From: Parvibaculum sp.
GTDB lineage: Bacteria > Pseudomonadota > Alphaproteobacteria > Parvibaculales > Parvibaculaceae
NCBI GenBank assembly: GCA_019635975.1
Contig: JAHBYM010000004.1
Location: 2,030 to 66,029, forward strand
DNA length: 64,000 nt
Reading direction: 5' to 3'
Shown: one piece after another, positions 1-11,859 of the stretch
How positions within the stretch are numbered: the stretch's first letter is position 1
Layout: each line of letters opens with the position of its first letter
The notes under the pieces: model-generated
The model's database searches: none
Seen by the model: only the letters and a program-made list of their open reading frames with translations
What the model was told of the DNA's origin: nothing
Made by a program: the position numbers and the translations under genes

Positions 1-59
1 TCTTCGTCTGTCATATTGCGCAGGCGTTCCCAGTCGGTTTCACCGGGACCGAGGTTCAT
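1..59 (-). CDS. BrnA-family antitoxin, N-terminus only (runs off window)
   Basis: Minus strand reads MNLGPGETDWERLRNMTDEE; the TDWERL..MTDEE motif is typical of BrnA-type antitoxins; starts just after the BrnT stop. Confidence 0.7.
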   Translation of the reverse strand, partial: MNLGPGETDWERLRNMTDE

Positions 60-66
60 CGCTTCC

Positions 67-378
67 TCATAGGAGTAGCGCACGATACGCGGCTCGCTCA
101 TTCCGGCTGGCTTGTCGCGCCGAGATGATGCGGCAGACGTTGCCGGCTTCTTCCTTGTACGCGATTGCGATTTCGCGGCCATTTGAATCACCTATCAAGA
201 GGTATCGGAGTTCGTCGTTGCGATCGGAACGCTTGCGCACCATCGGATTGCCGAACGTGGGTAGAATGTCGACAAAGTCGATGCCGTGCTTTTCGATATT
301 TGCGATCCGCTTTCTTTCATCCCATTCGAAGCCGGAGAAATTTGGTCTGAAGGCTTCAAAGCGCCGAGAATCTTCCAT
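67..378 (-). CDS. BrnT-family ribonuclease toxin
   Basis: FEWDERKRIANIEKHGIDF...RIISARQASRNER motifs; start could be up to 405; palindrome TGTATATACA at 441-450 upstream. Confidence 0.85.
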   Translation of the reverse strand: MEDSRRFEAFRPNFSGFEWDERKRIANIEKHGIDFVDILPTFGNPMVRKRSDRNDELRYLLIGDSNGREIAIAYKEEAGNVCRIISARQASRNERAAYRALLL

Positions 379-534
379 CGAATACCCCCTGGTACGCGCC
401 ATCATAACGGCTTCATGGGGTTTCGATCTGTAGTTGCAAATGTATATACAAATGTACCTCTTTGCAACCCCCTCGGCGCGGCATTACGAAAGATCGTACA
501 ATTTTAATTCGTGAACCTCCGAGGCCCCGACCCC

Positions 535-2433
535 ATGTCCTTCCCGAAGTCCTTCCTCGATGAACTGAAGGGGCGCATTCGCGTCTCGGAGGTCGTTGGG
601 CGCAAGGTCAAGCTGACGCGGCGGGGGCGGGAGTTCGTCGGGCTGTCGCCCTTTTCCAACGAGAAGAGCCCGAGCTTCACCGTCAATGACGACAAGCAGT
701 TCTATCACTGCTTCTCGTCCGGCGAGCATGGCGACATCATCTCGTTCATCGAGAAGACCGAAAACCTTTCCTTCCTCGAAGCGGTGGAGCGGCTGGCGGC
801 CGAAGCCGGCATGGAAATGCCGAAGCGCGACGCGCATGAAGCGCAGCGCGAGAAGGAAGCGGCGACCCTTATCGACGTGATGGAAATGGCGGCGCAGTTC
901 TTCCGGCAGAAATTGCAGGAGGGCGTTGGCGCCGAGGCGCGCGCCTATCTCGAACGGCGCGGCATGAAGGGCAAGACGCTGGAGGATTTCGGCGTCGGCT
1001 ATGCGCCGGGCGACGACCGGGCCGAGCGCACGGCGCTGATGCGCTACCTGAAATCGCGCGACGTGACGCTCGAACAGATGGCCGAAGCCGGGCTCGTCAT
1101 TCAGGGCCCCGACATTGCCGAGCCTTATGATCGCTTCCGCAACCGCGTGATGTTCCCGATCGCCGATGCGCGCGGCCGCGTCATTGCGTTCGGGGGTCGC
1201 GCGCTCGCTGCCGACGCCAAGGCCAAATATCTGAATTCCCCCGACACGCCGCTCTTTCATAAAGGCCGCGTCCTCTACAACCTGCACCGGGCGCGCAAGG
1301 CCGCGCATGACGCGGGCACGGTCGTTGCGGTCGAGGGCTATATGGATGTCGTCGGTCTCGCGCAGGGCGGCATCGATCATGCGGTGGCGCCGCTCGGCAC
1401 CGCCCTGACCGAAGACCAGATCGCGCTGCTGTGGCGCATGGCGCCGGAACCGATCCTTTGTTTCGACGGCGACAAGGCCGGCCTTCGCGCCGCCTACCGC
1501 GCGGTCGAGCGTGTGCTGCCGCTCTTGAAGCCCGGCCACAGTCTGCGCTTTGCGCTGCTGCCGGAAGGCAAGGACCCCGACGACCTCGTGCGCGAGGAAG
1601 GATCGGCCGCCATGCGCGCCGTGCTCGACGCCGCGCGGCCGCTTGCCGAAATGGTCTGGGAAAAGGAAGTCGCCGCCGGCACCTGGGACACGCCGGAGCG
1701 CCGCGCCGCGCTCGAAACGCGGATCGAAGCCGTGATCGGCATGATCGGCGACCCGAAAGTGCGCGGGCACTACGCGGAGGATCTGCGCGGCCGCATTTCG
1801 CGCATGTTCGGCCGCGGCGAACGCCGGGCGGGCGGTCGGTTTGGCGGCCAGCAGAAGCAGATGCCATTTTGGCGGGATATGAGCGGTCGTAATCGGCTCA
1901 ACCGCGGGCAATCATTCGTGCCCCCCGTCACGCCCGAATTGCGCCGTTCGGCCATCGCCAGCGGCACTGGCGGCGGCCAGGGGCGCGAGGGGCTTTTGCT
2001 CCTCACGGTCCTTAACCACCCGGAACTCCTTGAGAATTACGCCGAGGAATTTTCAAGTGTCGAGATCAGGACCCCGGCGCTTGACAGATTACGCAATGAA
2101 ATCATAGATATAGCCGCCCTTCATGCGCCTCTTGAAAGGGAGGCGCTGAAGAACCACTTGCTGAGCAGGGATTTGGCGGATATCGCACGGCGTCTTGAGG
2201 CCGGTACGGCCTTTGTCGGCGACCGCCACGCTTGGCCCGATGCGCCGCCGGACGAGGCGGAAGCGGGCTTCCTGCACACGCTGGCGCGGCATCGCCGCGC
2301 GATCGGGCTGGAAGCCGAGCTGAAAGCTGCCGAGCGTGTGCTTGCCGAGGAGATGACGGAAGAAAACTATGCCCGGTTCCGGGCCATTCAGGAGCAGCTT
2401 GAGCGCTCCGAACTGGCCGACGGGCTCGGGTGA
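535..2433 (+). CDS. dnaG: DNA primase
   Basis: N-terminal Zn-finger-like region (GLSPF..EKSPSF..FYHCFSSG), YLNSPDT, TOPRIM VEGYMDV / CFDGDKAG, KDPDD; upstream of rpoD. Confidence 0.97.
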   Translation: MSFPKSFLDELKGRIRVSEVVGRKVKLTRRGREFVGLSPFSNEKSPSFTVNDDKQFYHCFSSGEHGDIISFIEKTENLSFLEAVERLAAEAGMEMPKRDAHEAQREKEAATLIDVMEMAAQFFRQKLQEGVGAEARAYLERRGMKGKTLEDFGVGYAPGDDRAERTALMRYLKSRDVTLEQMAEAGLVIQGPDIAEPYDRFRNRVMFPIADARGRVIAFGGRALAADAKAKYLNSPDTPLFHKGRVLYNLHRARKAAHDAGTVVAVEGYMDVVGLAQGGIDHAVAPLGTALTEDQIALLWRMAPEPILCFDGDKAGLRAAYRAVERVLPLLKPGHSLRFALLPEGKDPDDLVREEGSAAMRAVLDAARPLAEMVWEKEVAAGTWDTPERRAALETRIEAVIGMIGDPKVRGHYAEDLRGRISRMFGRGERRAGGRFGGQQKQMPFWRDMSGRNRLNRGQSFVPPVTPELRRSAIASGTGGGQGREGLLLLTVLNHPELLENYAEEFSSVEIRTPALDRLRNEIIDIAALHAPLEREALKNHLLSRDLADIARRLEAGTAFVGDRHAWPDAPPDEAEAGFLHTLARHRRAIGLEAELKAAERVLAEEMTEENYARFRAIQEQLERSELADGLG

Positions 2434-2724
2434 CGCTTCGGACTTTGAGACTTCGGAACGGGACTTTAAGGGGATCGGGTCAACCAGCGGGAATTTCGAG
2501 GGCGGTGCGCCGGCGAGGTGATGGCTCAAGCCATCCGGGGAAACGAGGGCGCACAAGAGATCAGGCGGAGAGCGAGGGAAGCTTAGCGGCCGGACGGCGT
2601 CCGGCGGCATGCGTCCTTTTACACGTTCGCTCCGTCTGTCCGGCGCTCGCCCCGCGCGACCCCACGACCTATATCGGATACATGCGCGGCCTTGCGGGCC
2701 CGCGCCAATGCGGAGACGGACTGA

Positions 2725-4698
<1,974 letters not shown>

Positions 4699-4724
4699 GG
4701 CGCCCCGCGCCGCCGTTCGGACAC

Positions 4725-4752
4725 AAAAAAAGGCCGGGTTTTCCCGGCCTTT
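4725..4752. terminator. Intrinsic terminator between convergent rpoD and methyltransferase
   Basis: AAAAAAAGGCCGGG-TTTT-CCCGGCCTTT hairpin; long T-run on the minus strand. Confidence 0.75.
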
Positions 4753-4852
4753 CCCGATCATCCGTCGCCACGCCATTACATCCGTGGTCGCAGCGCCTTG
4801 CGATGATTGAATGCTATATGGGGCGCCCGCGCGGGATTGCAAGGGGCTCATT

Positions 4853-5914
4853 TCAGCAGCAGGCGCCGCCTTCCGCCGGGCTTTCGCCCGCCCCGAAGGG
4901 CATTTGCGTGCCGCAGCCCTCGAATATGCCGTAATGCCGCGCGAAATCGCCGATAAAGTCGAAATGCGGGGCGAAGCGGCTTTCCTTCAGCATGTTCCAG
5001 GTGTTGCCGCAGACCGGGAAGACGCGGCCTTTCTCGATCCGGTGATGGGCGTCGAGGGTGAACGCATCTTCCGCATGCGGAATGCCGCCCTTGTAGATCA
5101 CGGCCTGACCGTAATCCTCGCAGGCCGGTTCCAGCCCCTCGATGTTGAACAGCCGGTAGGTTGCCGAGAAGAAGCGGGCGTTGCCCAGCGCGCGGCGGAT
5201 CGCCGGTTCCAGCACTTCGAGCGGCCGGTCGGTGACGAGGCGCGGGTCGGCGAAGCCCGCCTGCTTCGCAAGGTTCAAAAAATCGTTCCAGTAGAGCGCG
5301 CCGCCCAGGCATTCGCCGAGCAGCACCAGGTCGTCGCGCAGGCTCGCATCGAGGCGGCGGTCGGCATAGACATCGGCGAAATAGATTTCGCCGCCCGGTT
5401 TCAGCAGCGCGCGGGCGCCTTCGAGCACCGCCTTCTTGTCGGGCGAGAGATTGATGACGCAGTTCGAGACCACGATGTCGAAGCTCGCGGGCTCAAGGTC
5501 GAGCTCGCCGAGCCGTTCGATATAGCCCTCGCGAAACTCGACATTCGAACGCGCATAGCCGAAGCGTGCGCGGTGCCAGTCCTCATGCGCGCGGGCGACC
5601 GCCAGTTGTTCGGCCGTCATGTCGACGCCGACCACCGCGCCTGCGGGGCCGACAAGCTGCGCCAGCGCATAGACGTCGCGCCCCGCGCCCGAGCCGAGGT
5701 CGAGCACGCGCATGCCGTCGAGCTTTTCGGGGATCACGAGCCCGCAGCCGTAATAGCGCGTCAGCACCTCATCGTGAACGTTGGCGAGCGCCGCCTTCAC
5801 ATGGGCCGGCACGGCGCCGGGGTCGCAGCAGGCATCGGTCTTGAGGTCGGCCGAGCCTTTCAGTGTGTGGCCGTAATAATCCTTCACCGTCTCCAGCGAC
5901 ATCTCGACCGACAT
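4853..5914 (-). CDS. SAM-dependent methyltransferase, arsenite methyltransferase (ArsM/AS3MT)-like
   Basis: YYG..LKTDACC, RYYGCG, LDLGSGAGRD, SNCVINL, C-terminal CC. Confidence 0.8.
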   Translation of the reverse strand: MSVEMSLETVKDYYGHTLKGSADLKTDACCDPGAVPAHVKAALANVHDEVLTRYYGCGLVIPEKLDGMRVLDLGSGAGRDVYALAQLVGPAGAVVGVDMTAEQLAVARAHEDWHRARFGYARSNVEFREGYIERLGELDLEPASFDIVVSNCVINLSPDKKAVLEGARALLKPGGEIYFADVYADRRLDASLRDDLVLLGECLGGALYWNDFLNLAKQAGFADPRLVTDRPLEVLEPAIRRALGNARFFSATYRLFNIEGLEPACEDYGQAVIYKGGIPHAEDAFTLDAHHRIEKGRVFPVCGNTWNMLKESRFAPHFDFIGDFARHYGIFEGCGTQMPFGAGESPAEGGACC

Positions 5915-6002
5915 TCCGCGCCTTCCTCATCCATCGTGAACATGGTTGGAGCCTGCCCGGCGGCGGGGCTCACCGTCCAGTCACAATCGAGAGAGGGGCC
6001 TG

Positions 6003-7106
6003 TCAGGGGCGAGGATATTCAAGCTGCGTCGCGACGAAATGCGCCGTGCCCGGCCCAAGGTCGTCGCCGATAAAGGCGAGGAAGTCCTCGCGCAGCGTGG
6101 CGGGGTTTGCGAGCGTCACGGTGGCATCCGCGCCGGTTTCGGGCGCGCCCGGCAGGCGCACCAGGCGCGCGGATCGCGGTGCTTCGCCGGTCGCATCGGC
6201 AATCACGGTGAGGCCGTGGCGGGTCGTCACTTCCGTCTTCGCCGCGATCGTCGCCGACGAACCGCGCCAGGTGCGCGCCGCGAAGTCGAGCGGGAAGGCC
6301 ATGTCGACCTCGTCGACGCCGTCCCGCACCTCGATCAGGTAGCGGGCGCGCGGCCAGCCGAACAGGATGTTCTTCGCCGCCGTCGCCATTTCGCGCCCGC
6401 CGATGTTGAAGGCGTCGCTGTCATGTGCCGGTCCATATTCGGCAACGCCGTAAGCCGCTGCGATTTCGGCGGCGCGCTGCTTGCCCGCCAGCCGTTCGGC
6501 CAGCAGCAGCGAAACGGGGAGCGAGGCGCTGACGCCCGCCGACGAAATCACGCCTTCGTCCTCGACATAGCGGATGTTGCGCTGCCATGCGACGGCCGGA
6601 TAGCGCTTCACGCGACTGTCGTGTTCGTAGAAATGTCCGGTGGCGCGCTTGCCGTCGAGCAGGCCGGTTTCGGCAAGCGTGCTTGCGCCCTCGCAGATCG
6701 ACACCATCAGCGCCCCGGTCGCCGCCTGCGCGCGCAGCCATGCGACCACCGCCGCGTCGCCCGGCTCGATCATCGCCGGCACGATCACGATGTCGGCGCC
6801 TTCGGGGTATGTCGCATCGAAGCCCGCAAAGTCCGCATCGGGCCGCACCGCGCTTGCGGGCCACAGCGCGACGGGCGCCATGGTCGGCGCCACCACCGTC
6901 ACCTCGGCGCCTGCCCGATTCAAAATGCCATAAGGCACCAGGAAATCGGTCACTTCGGTGCCGGCATTGAGCGCCACCACGGCGATGACGGCGCGCTCGC
7001 GGCCGGGTTTGAGGTCAAACGTCCCGGCGCCGGCCGCCGTCGCGGCCACGAGGCCCGCCAGCAGCAGGAAGAAAGCGAAAGGTATGGCAATGCTCGGCGC
7101 GCGCAT
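6003..7106 (-). CDS. Secreted DJ-1/PfpI family protein
   Basis: Signal-peptide-like N-terminus; TEVTDF, SICEGA nucleophile motif, ATGH, SSAGVSAS. Confidence 0.8.
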   Translation of the reverse strand: MRAPSIAIPFAFFLLLAGLVAATAAGAGTFDLKPGRERAVIAVVALNAGTEVTDFLVPYGILNRAGAEVTVVAPTMAPVALWPASAVRPDADFAGFDATYPEGADIVIVPAMIEPGDAAVVAWLRAQAATGALMVSICEGASTLAETGLLDGKRATGHFYEHDSRVKRYPAVAWQRNIRYVEDEGVISSAGVSASLPVSLLLAERLAGKQRAAEIAAAYGVAEYGPAHDSDAFNIGGREMATAAKNILFGWPRARYLIEVRDGVDEVDMAFPLDFAARTWRGSSATIAAKTEVTTRHGLTVIADATGEAPRSARLVRLPGAPETGADATVTLANPATLREDFLAFIGDDLGPGTAHFVATQLEYPRP

Positions 7107-7193
7107 GGGGATCTCCGGGTTCCGGCTGAAATTCGTCCGACCCTCGCGCGTTGTGCCTGCGGCGGAAATGACAAAGGACCCGCAAATCCGGCC

Positions 7194-7232
7194 AAAGAAA
7201 AAGGGCGGAACCATGTTTCAGGTTCCGCCCTT
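7194..7232 (-). terminator. Intrinsic terminator downstream of SIMPL gene
   Basis: AAGGGCGGAACC-N8-GGTTCCGCCCTT followed by T-rich tract on minus strand. Confidence 0.7.
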
Positions 7233-7267
7233 GCCGAAATGGGGGCCAGTTTCGGCTGAAGTCCCCT

Positions 7268-7993
7268 TCAGTCGATCTTGATGACCAGTGTCACGTTGGC
7301 CGAAAGCGTCTGTTCGCCGGCGGCGACCGGCGCGCCTGCGTCGCGTTCCATCGCCATGGCGGCCTTCATGTAAACCGGTTGCGGATAGCTGACGCCGCTC
7401 TCGGAAATCGACATGATCTGGCCGAGCGCGACGCCTGCGGCGCCCGCATAGAGCTTGGCCTTTCGCAGCGCATCCTCGACGGCCTTCTTGCGCGCCTCGT
7501 CCAGCAGCGGCTCGGGCTTGTCGATCGAGAAGCGGATGCCCGATAGCTGGTTCGAGCCTTGCGACACCACCTTGTCGAGAATGCCGCCCAGCGCATCGAT
7601 GTCGCGCACCCGGACGGCAAGCTGGTTCTGCACGCGGTAGCCGCCGATCTTCGGCGTATGCGGGCGGTCTTCCGGCCGCACCTGCTCATATACGGGGTAG
7701 ACGGAGAATTGCGAGGTCTGCATGTCGCGCTTCTCGATGCCGGCCTCCTCCAGCGTCTTGAACACGGTCTGCATGGCCGCGGTATTGGCGGCCATGGCCT
7801 CGGCGGCGGTCTTGCCCTCGGTCACAACGCCGGTGTCGATCCAGGCGATGTCGGGTGTGCCATAGGCTTCGCCTTCGCCCGAAATGGTGATGGTGCGGGG
7901 CGCGGGCTCGGTGGCCCCGGCCGGGGCGGCGAGGGCGATGCCCACAAAAAGCGCCGCCAGAAGCGGGGCGGCGGAAAAGAAACGGCGCGGCAT
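7268..7993 (-). CDS. SIMPL (DUF541) domain periplasmic protein
   Basis: Signal peptide; TITISGEGEAYGTPD, GYRVQNQLAV, A..DA..KA..YA motifs. Confidence 0.88.
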   Translation of the reverse strand: MPRRFFSAAPLLAALFVGIALAAPAGATEPAPRTITISGEGEAYGTPDIAWIDTGVVTEGKTAAEAMAANTAAMQTVFKTLEEAGIEKRDMQTSQFSVYPVYEQVRPEDRPHTPKIGGYRVQNQLAVRVRDIDALGGILDKVVSQGSNQLSGIRFSIDKPEPLLDEARKKAVEDALRKAKLYAGAAGVALGQIMSISESGVSYPQPVYMKAAMAMERDAGAPVAAGEQTLSANVTLVIKID

Positions 7994-8153
7994 ATTCTAT
8001 GCCTCCTGTTTGAAGCGTATCCCGGCCCGAGCTTCGGTGCGGATCGGGGCGAAATTGCGGCGCTTTCGGCGCCCTTTCCGACCCCCCTCGAATGAGGGCG
8101 GTCAATCACCGTATCGCGCGATGGCGCGGGCGCGGCGGCCAGCCGAAATTGTC

Positions 8154-10694
8154 ATGAAATCCTCCGGAACAAAAAGAGATTTGCGAGTGACGTTTCAAGT
8201 AACCGTGCGCTATTCCGACGGGACCGTGCGGGTGATGCCGGCCACGCCCGACCAGACCGTTTTGCAGGCGGCCGAGGAATACGGCATTCCGGTCGTCAGC
8301 GCTTGCCAGAGCGGTGTCTGCGGCACCTGTGTCGGGCGCTGCACCGAAGGTTCGTACGAACCCGGCAATGTCGTCGCGCTCAATCGGTCGGAATGCGACG
8401 AGGGCCGCATGCTCGCCTGCCAGGCGCGCGTCCTTTCGGATTGTACCGTCGAATTCGAGTACCCCTTCGACGGCAATGCGGCGCGAATCGTCGTCGGCGA
8501 GGCCGTGGTGACGCGCATCGAGCGTCTCGCGCCCGAAACGGCGCTGCTGGCGCTCGATATTTCCGGTCTGCCCTCGGCGCTCGGCTTTCGTCCCGGCCAG
8601 TTTGCACAGCTTCGCGTGCCCGGCGCCGAAAGCTGGCGCAGCTATTCCTTCACCCATGCCGACGGCAATGCGCCGGAGGTCGAGTTCCTGATCCGCCTGT
8701 TGCCGCAAGGCGCGATGTCAGATTATCTGCGCGACCGCGCGCAGCCGGGCGACCGCGTCAAGCTTCGCGCGCCGAAGGGCGATTTCTACCTGCGCAGCGC
8801 CGCGCGGCCCGTCGTTCTCGTTGCCGGCGGCACGGGGCTTTCGGCGATCCTCGCCATTGCCGAGGAGCTTGTGGCGCGGGGATGCCCGCAGCCGGTGCGT
8901 CTCAACTACGGTGTCACGCGGGCCGACGATCTCGTGCTGCTCGACCGCCTCCGGCGACTTGCCGCCGCGCATCCGGATTTCACTTTCGAGACGATCGTCG
9001 CCGAACCGTCGGCCGGTTGGAGCGGCCGTACCGGGCTCGTGACCGATCTTCTCGACGGCACCGATCTCCGGGGCGGCGATGTCGACATCTATCTCTGCGG
9101 CCCGTCGGCGATGATCGACGCGACGCGGGCCTGGCTCGATGCGCGGCGTCTCAACAACGCCAATCTCTATTACGAGAAATTCCTGCCGAGCGGCGCATCC
9201 TCCGCCCGGTCCGCCGCGCCGGTTCCCGAATTCGATCCGGCCGACATCCGCCGGCGCGGCCGCGGCAGGGCGGTCGTCATCGGCGGTTCGATCGCCGGCA
9301 TGTCGGCGGCCAAGGTTCTCACCGAGACCTTCGACAAGGTGATCGTCGTCGAGAAGGATCAGGACCATCGCCGCGCCGAAGGGCGTCCCGGCGCCGCGCA
9401 GGGCTGGCACATCCACCATCTGCTGGTCGCCGGCCAGCGGCAGATCGAGACGATCTTTCCCGGCGTCGTCGACGACATGGTCAAGGCCGGCGCCTTCCGC
9501 GTCGACATGGGCGAGCAATACCGGCTGATGCTGGCGGGATCGTGGAAAAAGCAGGTGGCGAGCGGCGTCGAGATCATCTGCGCCGGGCGGCCGCTGCTCG
9601 AATGGTGCGTCCGCCGCCGTCTCGACGGCGAACCGGACATCGACTACCGCTACGAGAGCGAAGTCGCCGACCTCCTTCTCGACCGCGACAATCACGCGGT
9701 CATCGGCGTCGTCGTGACGCGCAACGGCGAAACGGAAATCCTGCCCGCCGAATTTGTCGTCGATGCGGCCGGCAAGAACACGCCGGTCCCCGCCGCGCTT
9801 GGCCGGCTCGGCCTCGACACGCCCGAGACCGAGGAAGACCACATCAACTGCTTCTATTCGACGATGCAGCACAATGTTCCGCCGGAGCGCGCCTGGTGCG
9901 ACCGCGTGATGACCATCTGCTATGCGCATCGTCCCTATCAGCGTTACTACGCGGCGCAGTTTTTCACCGACAGCAGCCGGTCGGTGCTCGCGACCAGTCT
10001 CGTCGGCTACAATTTCTACAGCCCGCCGCGCAACCCGGAGGAGTTCCGCGCCTTCGCGCGGCAGATGCCGACGCCGGAAATCGGCAGCGAGATCGACGGC
10101 CTCGAACCCCGCTCGCAGGTCTTCAATTTCCGCTACCCGACGATGCAGCGCTGGCACTACGAAGACATGAAGACGTTGCCCGCAGGGCTCGTTTCGATCG
10201 GCGACGCCTATTGCAGCGCCGATCCGGTGTCGGGCGCCGGCATGACCAAGGCGCTGCTCGAGCTCGACGAATTGCGCAAGCTCCTGCGCAAGGGCCATAT
10301 CCACGACAAGCGTTTCGTGCGCCGCTACTACCGCCGCATCAGCCGCATTGCCGATCTCGTCTGGTCGGTGATCCGCGAACAGAATTTGCGTTATCCGTGG
10401 ATACCCGATGTCGAGAAGAAGCGGCCGTTCTATTTCCGCGCCCAGAACTGGTACATCGACCGCGTGCTTGAGGCGATGCATGACGATCCGGCGATCTATC
10501 GCAAATATCTGATGGTGACGCATTTCGTCGCGAAGCCGTCGGTGCTGATGCGCCCGGACGTGACGGCGCGCGTCTTGTGGAAGTGGCTCGCGAGCCGGCT
10601 GCGCGGGCAGCCGACGCTGGTCGAGCGCAATTTCGGACAACAGGAAATCGAGTTGCGGCAGGGCGCGCGGCAAACGGGGGGAATTCATGGGTGA
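8154..10694 (+). CDS. 2Fe-2S ferredoxin / FAD-NAD reductase fused to FAD-dependent oxygenase (Rv1937-like)
   Basis: CQSGVCGTC..C ferredoxin; RSYS, GAMS, AGGTG, LCGP reductase motifs; then VIGGSIAG Rossmann, DAAG and IGDAYCSADPVSGAGMT motifs; start uncertain (8154 or 8187). Confidence 0.82.
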   Translation: MKSSGTKRDLRVTFQVTVRYSDGTVRVMPATPDQTVLQAAEEYGIPVVSACQSGVCGTCVGRCTEGSYEPGNVVALNRSECDEGRMLACQARVLSDCTVEFEYPFDGNAARIVVGEAVVTRIERLAPETALLALDISGLPSALGFRPGQFAQLRVPGAESWRSYSFTHADGNAPEVEFLIRLLPQGAMSDYLRDRAQPGDRVKLRAPKGDFYLRSAARPVVLVAGGTGLSAILAIAEELVARGCPQPVRLNYGVTRADDLVLLDRLRRLAAAHPDFTFETIVAEPSAGWSGRTGLVTDLLDGTDLRGGDVDIYLCGPSAMIDATRAWLDARRLNNANLYYEKFLPSGASSARSAAPVPEFDPADIRRRGRGRAVVIGGSIAGMSAAKVLTETFDKVIVVEKDQDHRRAEGRPGAAQGWHIHHLLVAGQRQIETIFPGVVDDMVKAGAFRVDMGEQYRLMLAGSWKKQVASGVEIICAGRPLLEWCVRRRLDGEPDIDYRYESEVADLLLDRDNHAVIGVVVTRNGETEILPAEFVVDAAGKNTPVPAALGRLGLDTPETEEDHINCFYSTMQHNVPPERAWCDRVMTICYAHRPYQRYYAAQFFTDSSRSVLATSLVGYNFYSPPRNPEEFRAFARQMPTPEIGSEIDGLEPRSQVFNFRYPTMQRWHYEDMKTLPAGLVSIGDAYCSADPVSGAGMTKALLELDELRKLLRKGHIHDKRFVRRYYRRISRIADLVWSVIREQNLRYPWIPDVEKKRPFYFRAQNWYIDRVLEAMHDDPAIYRKYLMVTHFVAKPSVLMRPDVTARVLWKWLASRLRGQPTLVERNFGQQEIELRQGARQTGGIHG

Positions 10695-11724
10695 ACGGCA
10701 ACACCGGCTGATCGACGTCAACGGCGTGCGCCTGCATGTCGTCGAGGAAGGCGAGGGGCCGCTCGTCATCCTCGTCCACGGCTTTCCCGAGCTCTGGTAT
10801 TCGTGGCGCTTCCAGATGCCGGTCATCGCCGGGGCCGGCTACCGCGTCGTCGCCATCGACCAGCGTGGCTATGGGCGCTCGTCGAAATTCTGGGATCCCG
10901 ACGCCTACCGTATTCATCCGCTGGTTGCCGATCTCGTCGGCCTCGTGTCGGCGCTTGGCGAGAAGAACGCCATCCTGATCGGGCATGACTGGGGCGCGCC
11001 GGTCGTCTGGACGGCGGCCTGGCTTCATCCGGAGGTTTTCACCGGCGTCATGGGCATGAGCGTGCCCTTCGCCGGGCGCGGGTTGATCGGCCTGCCGGGC
11101 AATCCCTTCGGCGAGCGTTCGCCGCATGAGGTGCATCTGGCGCTGTCGGGGCCGGATCAGGATTTCTACCAGGTCTATTTCAGCACGCTCGGTCCGATCA
11201 TTACCGAAATCGAGCGCGATCTGCGCGGCTGGGTGCGCGACCTCACATGGACGGCGTCGGGTGCCGCGCTGTCGGGCGCCGGTATCGATTTCGACGCCGG
11301 CGATCCGATCGAACTCATTCGCGGCAGCGCCTTCTGCATCCCGCCCGGCGCGCGCATGTGCGAGCGTTTCATGACGCCCGACAAGATGCCCGTCTGGTTC
11401 ACCGACGAAGACCTCGATGTCTATGCCGATGCGCTGGAGCGCGGCGGTCTTTCGGGCCCGCTCAGCTTCTACCGCAATCTCGAAAACGGCTGGAACGATC
11501 TCGCCTCCATGCAGGGCAAGCCGATGATCGTGCCGGCGATGTTTCTCGGCGGCGAATACGATGTCGGCACCTGGTGGGGCCGCGAGGCGCTTGCCCGCGT
11601 TTCCGAGGTCATCCCCAACTGGCTCGGCGCGCGCATCGTCAAGGGTTCCGGCCACTGGGTGCAGCAGGAATACCCCGAAGAAACCAACGCCGCCGTCCTC
11701 GAATTCCTCCGCGCGCTGCGCTGA
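10687..11724 (+). CDS. Alpha/beta-fold epoxide hydrolase (EphB-like)
   Basis: HGFPE, GYGRSS, GHDWGA nucleophile, GHWVQQE; overlaps upstream stop. Confidence 0.9.
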   Translation: MGERQHRLIDVNGVRLHVVEEGEGPLVILVHGFPELWYSWRFQMPVIAGAGYRVVAIDQRGYGRSSKFWDPDAYRIHPLVADLVGLVSALGEKNAILIGHDWGAPVVWTAAWLHPEVFTGVMGMSVPFAGRGLIGLPGNPFGERSPHEVHLALSGPDQDFYQVYFSTLGPIITEIERDLRGWVRDLTWTASGAALSGAGIDFDAGDPIELIRGSAFCIPPGARMCERFMTPDKMPVWFTDEDLDVYADALERGGLSGPLSFYRNLENGWNDLASMQGKPMIVPAMFLGGEYDVGTWWGREALARVSEVIPNWLGARIVKGSGHWVQQEYPEETNAAVLEFLRALR

Positions 11725-11782
11725 AAGCCCGGCTTCCCGGTTGGCGGCCCGGCCCCCTTGCTGCTATATGGCGGGGCGCTGG

Positions 11783-11859
11783 GGGCCTGTAGCTCAGTTG
11801 GTTAGAGCGGACCGCTCATAACGGTTTGGTCGCAGGTTCGAGTCCTGCCGGGCCCACCA
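11783..11859 (+). tRNA. tRNA with CAT anticodon, probably tRNA-Ile2 (lysidine); island insertion site
   Basis: GGGCCTG/CGGGCCC acceptor stem, AGCTCAGTTGGTTAGAGC D-arm, CTCATAA loop, GGTTCGAGTCC T-arm, encoded CCA. Confidence 0.93.

Noticed and set aside
7884-8153. N-terminal extension of the 936-aa ORF
   Set aside because: Overlaps the divergent SIMPL gene; the ferredoxin domain begins near 8187.
11783-11859. tRNA-Met assignment and an attR duplicate of its 3' end
   Set aside because: The acceptor stem fits Ile2 better; I saw no repeat of the tRNA 3' end in the window.
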